A stretch of DNA of 64,000 nt from Chlorokybus atmophyticus (Eukaryota; Plantae; Mesostigma and Chlorokybus algae), in NCBI GenBank assembly GCA_009103225.1, contig RHPI01002533.1, positions 1,803,186-1,867,185 on the forward strand, in the 5' to 3' direction. Positions 51,003-64,000 of this stretch are shown piece by piece. Position 1 is the first letter of the stretch; every line of letters starts with the position of its first letter. A program made the position numbers and the translations under genes. Below the pieces are notes generated by a model. It was not told the DNA's origin. It was given only the letters and a program-made list of their open reading frames with translations, and searched no databases.

Positions 51003-51885
51003 TGATGTTCATGTGCGGATCTACATTTGCGTGTGGATTCCCCTGGCCCCTCCGCGTGCCTAAATCTCCCCCCACTCACCCGATAAACTTACGAGAGGTC
51101 AATTGTGTAAAACAACACCTTTCAAAGGAGTGTCATTCTCGACGTGATTACGTTATCGTTATATTGTATCAATCCGCTCTTCTTACCCTGCAAATGTTCA
51201 TGTATGTTCAGATGTTGAAGAGGGTTTATGATAAGGTACAAAAGAGCAGCATGCAATATGTGCTATATAGCTATAACCGTCGCTGTTTATCACATATTGG
51301 TTTGTTGTGGGAAAGTTTGCTCGTTATGGCAGCTAAATAACTCAATGTAACATCATATATGCAGTTTTCTATGAAAGAAAAACAAAATTTATATTTCAAC
51401 TTCACGCTCCCACCATGTTCAATGAGCCTAACCTCATCGCAAGAGTAAGCATTACTTTACCTACACATGTGCTGGAATGAAAGAAAAACAGTATCAGTAC
51501 TTAAATTTCATGCTCCCACCATTTTCAATGAGCCTAAAATCATCGCAAGAGTCAGCATTACTTCACCTACACATGTGCTCGAATGAATGCGTGGATGTTA
51601 CTGTACCGCTGAAACTTTATATCTACATAATCAACATTATTACGAGATACATAAAACACATGTGTCTGACCGCATTTCCAACTTATGTACCCACATGATC
51701 TCGTTTAAAACAAAACAGAAGATTCGGATGGGTGTTAAAACTCGCCTACGGTTCAACATTCTCACATGCCATGTATATAATAAGCAGAGCACACCACAAC
51801 AACAAGGGTAGATATGCTTATATCCGCACGACGCAACGACATGCATGCATCCGGCAGCATCTGCATGCATGTACGCATTGCTCTG

Positions 51886-54800
51886 ATGGCGGCGGCGGCG
51901 GCGGCGGCGGCAGGAGGCAACGACACGAACGAGGCCAACGTCGCAGAGGGCGGACAGCACGCACCGAGCTCGGTAAGGTGTGGAGTCTGGTGTTGGGATG
52001 GTGAGGGGATGTTGAGTCTCGGGTGGGATGGGGATGGGGAGTGAGAGTGCACACAACACATGCCATGCACACACACAACCGTGTGGGTGGGAGGGTGTCT
52101 GACTGTGTCATATACACACACACACACAGCTGGGTGTATATGTGCGCTTGTGAGGTTGCATGTGCATCATCCTTGCAGCGTATGTTTTTTCAACTGTCGT
52201 CCCGTGCATGTAACACTGCATGGTACAGCGGCTTGTTACATAGCACAAGGCTTGCAGTAGTACAAGCGCCTGTGATTGGTGAACACACGCACACGCAGGA
52301 GGATGAGTTGAAGGATGAGGTCGCGCAGATGCAGGACAAGGCGGAGGAGGAGGTTGATGCTGGTGATGAGAACAACCAACGGCCTGCCCAGTTGCAACCG
52401 CAGCAGGTCATGTGACAGACACGTGCAATCACGCACATCAACACGCACATGAATGTATGCACGTTGCAATAAAAGTACTAGTGGAGGAGCCGCGTGCATG
52501 TGTTGATTTCACATCTCTCCTCTTTTGTTGTGTGTGGCTTGGTGCGTTGCCTTCCACATGTTTGTGGCCCACATGCACTTGCTTGCTCTTCTCTGCTCTG
52601 CGTGGCCGCAGCAACAAGCGAAAAAAGAAAAAGAAGAAGAAGAGCAAGGCAGGAGACAGGTATGCAGTATAGTTAGTATACTCCATGTATTTGTGAAACA
52701 GAACACACATCTTGTCATAGCAGACTAACGCATGCACGCGCTCACTTCGTCATGTTGTTTACTTGCATCAATTTCTAGTTCTTGAAATCAGGCTCCCCAG
52801 AGTAGTGGTCCCACCCCTGAACAACAACCACATCCGGAGACACCACCACAACAACCAACGCAGCAGCAACAACAGGAAGAGCAACAGCAGCAGCAGCCAC
52901 AAGGAGAACAACCACAACCACAACCACAACCACAACCACAACCACAACCACAACCACAACCACAACCACAAGCACAGGAACCGCAGGCACAAGCAGAAGC
53001 ACAAGGACAAGCACCACAGCCACCATCGCAAGAACAGGAAGATCAAGAACCGCCAACATCACCATCACAACCTCCACAGCAGCAGCAGCAGCAGCTGCCA
53101 GCATCACATGAAGAACAACCACAACAACCACAACAACAACCACAACAACAGCCACTATCGTCACAACAGAAACAGGAAACTCATGAACCGCAAGCACCAC
53201 CATCACAACAACAGCGACAATTACATCCCCAGTCAATAGAACAACAACCACAACGGCAGCAAGACGAGCAAGGCAAGCTGAGTCAGGTATGCATTATAGT
53301 ATAGTATACTCCATTGTCAGTGGTAGCACCCCCACTGTTGGTGTCCAAGATAAACGCATGCATGATGGATGTTGTGGGAGTTGCGTTGTGGCTGAAACAG
53401 ACCGAAGTCTTGTCATGGCAGATTGACGCATGCATACACACGTGATCACTTCGTCGCTTGCTCTGATCAGTTCAACAGTGTCTCTCCTGTCATGATCAGG
53501 CTGCCAAGACCAGTCCTCCTCCTCCTCCTCCTCCTGAGCAACAACAACAGCGACGACCACCACCACATCAGCAGGAACAACAACAACAACAACAACAGCA
53601 GCAGCCATCACCGCAAGAAGAACCAGAGAATCAACCATCACCACCACCACCACAACATCCACCACCGTCGCAACAAAAAGCAGCTCGAGAACCACCAGCA
53701 CAAGCACAAGCACAACCACAACCACAGCAACGGCAACAGCCACTAGCACAAAGTCAAGAAAGACAAAAACCACCACCACGAGAGGCACATCTTCAGTCAA
53801 CAAAACACAACGACCACAACAGCAGCAGCCATCACCATCAGAAGAACGCCAACGACAACAACAACAACAACTACAGCAGCTGCAGCAGCAGCAGCAGCGG
53901 CAGCGGCAGGTACCACCGTTGCAACGGAAACAAGAAAGTCAGGAACCACAAGCACAACTACAGCCATCATCATCACCACCATCACCACTGAAGAACAGAC
54001 AAGAAGCACAGCAGCAGCAGCAGCAGCAACAACAGACATCACCATCACCACAAGGAGAACACGGAAAGCCACCACCACAACAGCAGCAGCAGCAGCAGCA
54101 GCCACCACACCCACAAGTTGAAGACGAGCAGCCGCACGCCATGCTGAAGCAGGTATGCAATATACTACATGTAGCAGTGACACCACCCTATTGTCGGTGA
54201 CAAAAGTCAACTATGATTTGCTTTGAGTTGTGTGTTATACGCGAGAGTACAGCAGGCTCACGACGTGCATGCACACGCTCACTCTCACCCATCTTCGCTT
54301 GCACCATCCATTTCACATTGACTATTATGATCAGGCGTCCAGGACTAGTCCTCCTCCTTCTCCTGAACATCAGCGAGAACAACAGCAGCAGCAAACAGGA
54401 CTAGAAGAAGAAGAAGGACAACGACAGCCACCATCGGTACAACACAGACAGGAACCTCAAGAACCACAAGTACAAGCACAACCACAACAGCCATCACCAT
54501 CACCACCACGACAACCAGAGCCACAGCGAACACAACCACCACAACATCAGCAGCAGCGTCCACCACCGACACAACAGATACAAGAGACTCGAGAGCAACA
54601 AGCACACCGACAACCGCCATCACCACCACCACATAAACAAGAACAACAGCAACAACTGCAGCGGCAGCAACACGAACCACCACAACAACCAACACCACAG
54701 CAACAAGCACATACGCAACCACCACCTCAAGAACAACAACAGCAGCAGCAGCCACCATACCCACCACCACCACAACAACAACGGCAACTACAAGAACAAG

Positions 54801-55021
54801 AAAACCAACAACCACCACCACAACCATCGCCACAGCCAACACAACAACCACCACCACGACAGCAGCAATTACAACAACCACCATTACAAACACAGGCACA
54901 ACAGCAACAGCAACAAATCAGTCCTCAATCACGACCACCACCACCACCACCACCGCCACCACCACCGCCACCACCACCGCCACCACCACAGCAACAACAA
55001 CAGCCTGAACAGCAACATCAC

Positions 55022-55052
<31 letters not shown>

Positions 55053-55755
55053 CGCCATATCAACCACAGCCACAACCCCAACAATCTCTACAAGGACCCA
55101 CATGCCAACACCAAGATCGGTGTATCATAGCAGAGAGAAGAGTACAGGGATTGGCCAACAACAATGGTAATGGGGACCGTTACCTGAGATCCCTAGAACA
55201 GGAGCTGAGGAGACTGAGGGCCAGGGACCAGACACAAAGCATTGCAAACACCTCCACAAGCTGGATCAAGAGGCTGGTAACAAGCTGTGTGTGTGTGTGT
55301 GTGTGTACAGTGACACAACACACACGAGCATGACTCAACCATCACTGTTGTGTCATGTTGCACAGTTCTGCTTGGCGACTGTGCCTCTGGAGCAGAGGCT
55401 AGCCAGGAAGATCATGAAGTACCGTCGGCGCGTGGAGGAGGCGCAGAGGATGCTTTCGACCCTCGAGCGGCAGATCCGATGCGTGGCGGGGATGAACCCG
55501 ACACTGGCTGAGAGCTTGCAGATGCAGAGGTTGGGACAACAGATGGACGGAGACAACAACAACTATCAAAGAGGCACAGGTGTTGGAAACCATTGTGATG
55601 GGTGTCAACACCAGCACTATCATCATCACCATTGCCGTCGTCACCATCACCATCATAACCGTGACTGCCATCAGGACCGGCGTTGTGGTGGCTGTCATCA
55701 TGGTGGTCATGATGCTTGTTGTGACCATCGTTGTTGTCATGATGCCAGGCAGTAG
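51886..55755 (+). CDS. Large Gln/Pro/Glu-rich low-complexity protein with a short coiled-coil segment and His/Cys-rich C-terminus; multi-exon, one apparent frameshift near 53805
   Basis: Exons bounded by CAG|GTATGC donors and ATCAG|GC acceptors, all open in a CAA/CAG/CCA frame except one 1-nt shift. Last exon FCLATVPLEQRLARKIMKYRRRVEEAQRMLSTLERQIR...HHHHC...CCHDARQ*. Confidence 0.65.
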
Positions 55756-56757
55756 CAAGGAGTGTGTTTGCCACAATGTACAGATCAGACAAGTTGAGTT
55801 GATGTTCATGTGCGGATCTACATTTGCGTGTGGATTGCGTGGGTTCTTTGCATGGGTGCTTTGACGATGTCCACACAAGGAAGTGTCACCATTTGCGGTT
55901 GAGCAGTCTGGTCAACACACCCATGCGTCTGTTGCGCCTGTTGACTCACGCTCAATGCATGAAGAACTCGCACGCGTGCGCACACAATCAAATGCACAGA
56001 GGCGAGTGTAGTTATGGTTAGATGTCTATGCATGTGTGTCGTGCATGTTCTGTACACTTACACGCACACACATGTTTCTAACGGGGAGGTCTAGACTAGG
56101 TGTAGTGTAGTGAGGTTGGAACAAACAGTGTGTACAGCCCGGTGGTTGTGTTGCAATATGCTTGCATGCTGTTTGGCATGCTGTGAGTTATGTCATGCAT
56201 GTCTACAACTACTGGCAGCATATCCTGTACACAATACCACGTCATATATCCTGTACTACGCATGCGCTCGCGGCCTAAGCTCCTGTACTGAATGACGTTG
56301 CTGTACATTGAAATGCCCTTGCGTGCACACAAGCGGTTTTGTGCTACATGATTGAAAACACGGCTGGTGAAAACAACCACGCAAAGTGGACTTCACTTGC
56401 AAGGAGTGTTACAAACAACATGGCAAGACAGAAGCAGACATGTGCAACGTACACGTACAACGGTCCACTACCTTTCAACAATGCTTCCAACTGTTTGAAT
56501 TCCACCCCACTCAACACAGTGGTAACACAGACCTCTTATGCCTCCACAAGGCAGCTGCAACGCTACACCGGGGACACTTGTGGCGTACAGCAGCATGACT
56601 TTTGCTACCTTGATGTCCCCACACTCTCAACAGGCCTTTGCTTTCTCCCTGTCTTTGCATGTGTACACTTACACTGACCTGTATGTGGTACCCAATGAAA
56701 AAACCCAACAAGCTTTGTAATTGTCACATCTCCAACCGATGATGGAGATATGTGAAT

Positions 56758-58002
56758 TTAGTAGCCGCTGCTTTTGAGCGTGTCTGCGACCGAGCACACG
56801 GCCTTTGTGGTGTTGCCGACCTGCTGCAGTTCGTTGTGCATGGCGATCAAAATGCACTGGTTGCACTTCACCAGCACGGCGCCAGTGGTCACACCAGATG
56901 CATCCTGCAACAAGTCAGCTTATGGGTCTAGTGTGTGCATTTACGCATGACTGCTTGTACACATGTAGTTCATAGACAAATCCGTATGTGTATGTGTGCG
57001 CGCACACACCTGTGTCTGTGTATGCGTGTGTGTACGTGTCCATGTGTGCATATGTGCACGCGCACGCGTGCGTGTGCTTGTGCGCATGCATGGGTATGTA
57101 GTATTATGAACTGCATGAGAGTTGCCACGTGCGTGGGGTTGTGTGCAGAATGTGTACAAGAATTGCAACAGTGCAGCAGTAATGACAAGATGCACATTAC
57201 CTTCTTCTTCAGGAAAGCTGCGCCCTCGTCAGGGTCATACCGTAGGATGAAGTATTCGACGCCCGCGATGAGCATTCTGCCGCCCGGTTGGGGGTTCTGA
57301 AACCACGCTGCGATCGTCGTGTCCTCTCCGGGCCCAAGCGCGAAACTGCATGCCACATACAAGGGTGAATCGCTATGTCCTTTGCACATTATGCTGACAA
57401 CTATACTGGTTGTTGTGTTGGCATTGCAGGTAGCTTTGACTAAATCAACGCAGCATTGCCACAACACACACCCGCCACACTCAGAGGTCAGCAACCAAAC
57501 TGCAAAACTGCACTGGTTATCGCCATTGAGACATGTATTGGATTGACCTTCAGGGCATTACGTTCATCACTGCTTGCTGGTTGAGTAGTGCACCAATCAC
57601 TGCCAGTCTATAGATAAGAAGCACTACTAGTTCAGCCGGCAGCAGCTGATGAATAGTAAATTAGAACAGGAATACAACGCCAATGCGATTCAAGCATTAC
57701 ACAACAACAATGTGTCTGAACAAGTAAACATCAGCAGAACTGGCTTGTGAACCACACTGCCGGCTATGCTTGACAAGACAGAAGACTAACCAGCCACAGA
57801 AGTGGAGGGGTGTCACATGAAAGTTTTAGACGCATTGCCATGCCAATGTCAGAGTAACAGTTGTAGATGAAGCAGCAGCAATTGGCCCTAGGGCTTACCC
57901 CTCAGGGCTGGCAGCCCAGACGCCGCCCTGGGTGCCGATGATCGACGCCTTGTCGCTGTGCCCCGTGCCGATGATGTGATCGGAGTACGCCTGCCAGCTC
58001 AT
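56758..58002 (-). CDS. PRF: Profilin (131 aa); exons 57899-58002, 57201-57345 and 56758-56904
   Basis: Spliced MSWQAYSDHIIGTGHSDKASIIGTQGGVWAASPEG|FALG...LIAGVEYFILR...KKK|DASGVTTGAVLVKCNQCILIAMH...GNTTKAVCSVADTLKSSGY*; splice phases are consistent and the length is typical. Not visible in the ORF track. Confidence 0.95.
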
Positions 58003-58413
58003 GGCTTCGGCTCACTCCCAACCCCTTCCACACCAACCCGCTCCTCGCCGCCCCTGCCGCCTCCGCCAACAACAGCGCCAACAACCACACCAACAACGTC
58101 AACAACCACAACTTTTCGGAGCTGACTTGACTTATTCACTCTTTTTCAGCCAATAAAACCCTAATTCCGGTGCGTAACGCAAAACACGCCTGAAACACGT
58201 CCCAGCATCACGTCACTCGGATTACGTATGTAATTCGAGTGACGAGTGATCGGTCTATAGCTGTCCAGCTTGGCACCCACGAACGTGATTCTTTCACGTA
58301 GCGTATGTTTGGAATGCTAGTGTACGTTAGCTCAGTGCTCTCGCAGAGTGTTGCAATCAAGTACAGAATTTCACTCACGTTAGGGATCAGTATAGTGCCG
58401 CGGCAGTGTGTTT

Positions 58414-58414
58414 T

Positions 58415-58448
<34 letters not shown>
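58414..58448 (+). repeat. (GCC)n trinucleotide tract upstream of the helicase ATG
   Basis: About 11-12 GCC units read directly. Confidence 0.95.
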
Positions 58449-58449
<1 letters not shown>

Positions 58450-58517
58450 TCGGAGGTTGCTGGTGGTGTGGGAGGTGGGCGGCGTTGGGGTGCGTGTCGT
58501 GGGGATTGGTTGCTGTC

Positions 58518-62224
<3,707 letters not shown>

Positions 62225-63598
62225 ACATGTAGATACTGTTGGATTGTTGCTGTTAGTTCTAGATTTGTGTCGCTGTGGGCAGCATGCGCCATTTTGCGGC
62301 TGCTCTAATATGGTGTAGATATTGCTTACTGACAAAACACACAGTATCCAGCTGAGTTGCAGTTGTGCTGTTGGTATGCTTTGATTGAAACAATATCTTC
62401 AGCGTATTAAGTAATATTATCCACGTTGAATTGGGCTGCAAGCTTGTTGGCATGTGCAGTGGCCCCATTACAAGTCACGAGGGTCTGTCTGATCTCAGGT
62501 TGCCTTGCCAACAAACAGAACTTATGCACACTAAATGTATGTTTTGCCATGCTACCCTGTACACCCTTCCTGTGTGACAGTGCATGCCATGCCATTACTA
62601 CACAACATTGTTGTGGCCTTGACTTTGGCTCACTGAGCACACGCAAATTGCTCGTTCACATTGCTACCCTATACGCCCTTCCTGTGTAGCGTATATGCAA
62701 TGCTATGCATGTGTGACAGTGCATACCATTGCTATACAACATTGTTGTGGCCTTGACTTTTCTAGTAAGCAAGCATACCTATGTACACAAATTGGTGCTA
62801 TTGCACCTATGCAGGTTGCGGTGAGACTCATTCACACATGCTAGTCATGCTCATGCAGCAACCACGCTCACATACGCATGTTGGTCTCATACACCAAACC
62901 ACCAGGCAGCGCACTTAAAACTACTCACACTACCAACATTACTCCATCCCGTCAGTCATGCATAGCCGTGTATATAATGTCAGTAACCTGCAGCATGCGC
63001 GGGTAGCATTGTGCATGCGTGCAAGCATCTACGTACAACCGATGTACATAAATCCGCAAGACTATTCTACACATGCAATGGATGCATCACACACGTTGAA
63101 CATGTCCAGCAGCCAATCAGCTCACCATACAAGCATGGTGTGCATGTTTGACACCATGCTTGTATGCACGGACACTTGCATGGGCAGTCACATATCACAT
63201 TTACTGTACCCACCCACATACCCCAAGCAGACAGCAGCAACCACCAGGCAGCACTAGCTACTCTACTACCCAACTCACCAACTACCTGTGTACACTTACA
63301 CAAGCAAGCGGCATTACATTACAAACCCACATAAACACCAACCCCCACACAGAGAGGGGGGGGGGGGGGCTTGCCTTTCGTGTCGATTTAGAAAGCAAGT
63401 TCACATAAGATTACAAGAGAGTGCATATGCTGTGCGTGCAACGAATAGAAGGGCTGGCGCGAGCCCGGAGTATGTCGTGCTGTGCAATGCGGCACGCACG
63501 GTTGCACACATGCACTCACCCGGCATTCTTGGTAAACCATGTCCGCATACACAACAGCCCACACACATGGCATATACGAATATGCTGCATGCGCGTCA

Positions 63599-63856
63599 TC
63601 ACACGGTGTTGGGTCTCTGCGGCAGCAACAAGTTATAGAACGCATCTTTCACAAACACGTCTCCCGGCGCTCCATTAGGTTCAGTAAATCCTTTCTTCCA
63701 CGCGCACCAACCACCTGAGACGATGGACTTGATGTTCTCTGACCCCGTGTAGTGCGGGTCCAAGATCAAGAAAGCCACTTCGCCCGTGAGGGGATTGAAG
63801 TCCACGCCGAGGAGAGTGAAGGCCAACACGCCGCCGCCGATCATGATGGGGGTACC
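63599..63856 (-). CDS. UFSP: UFM1-specific protease (peptidase C78), last coding exon; the gene continues beyond the window
   Basis: [21 protein letters not shown]...[10 protein letters not shown]...GWCAWK...[11 protein letters not shown] with the catalytic DPH motif; CAG acceptor at 63857-63859. Confidence 0.93.
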   Translation of the reverse strand, partial: GTPIMIGGGVLAFTLLGVDFNPLTGEVAFLILDPHYTGSENIKSIVSGGWCAWKKGFTEPNGAPGDVFVKDAFYNLLLPQRPNTV

Positions 63857-64000
63857 CTGCAAGGAGTAGGGGAAGAGTGGTTGCTGAATGGTATATGTGG
63901 TAAGGTTGCGGTTGGACTAATTTGTGGAGGGTGCTGGCTGCGGCGAGTACGTGCGAACATGTGCTTGCCTCTCCACACACGAGCATACACGCACACACGC

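Noticed and set aside
52768-55103. Poly-Val/Leu/Trp 'membrane protein' ORFs on the minus strand and poly-His/Asn ORFs on the plus strand
   Set aside because: Antisense or off-frame readings of the CAA/CCA repeats; the splice signals support the plus-strand Q/P frame.

Overview
Eukaryotic nuclear DNA from a green alga, intron-rich with GT-AG splicing and introns full of CA/TG repeats. An early-diverging streptophyte is my inference from the plant-type DDB2, NPL4, HESO1 and MKK plus an algal plastocyanin. The left end holds the 5' part of an apparently intact Ty3/Gypsy LTR retrotransposon on the minus strand. Its 5' LTR (4936-5463), primer-binding site, gag and an uninterrupted PR-RT-RNaseH-IN pol run off the window. 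The rest is a gene-dense stretch: MAPKK, plastocyanin, a myristoylated ankyrin protein, a SpoU/TrmH methyltransferase, DDB2, a HESO1-like nucleotidyltransferase, NPL4, a small conserved plastid-type protein, an LRR-Roc-COR (ROCO) protein, an mTERF-like protein, a modular Gln/Pro-rich protein with a His/Cys tail, profilin, an RH7/DDX21 DEAD-box helicase and the last exon of UFSP. There are four assembly gaps. The most interesting signals are: (1) gag and pol in one frame separated by a single UAG; (2) a degenerate N6-adenine-methyltransferase-like segment between Gag and the protease; (3) a ROCO gene with duplicated LRR exon-intron modules; (4) a Q/P-rich gene built from three tandem intron-exon modules; and (5) a plastocyanin with the cyanobacterial-type Arg after the Cu-ligand His. 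All exon boundaries and family assignments come from manual translation and motif recognition; no database search was run.
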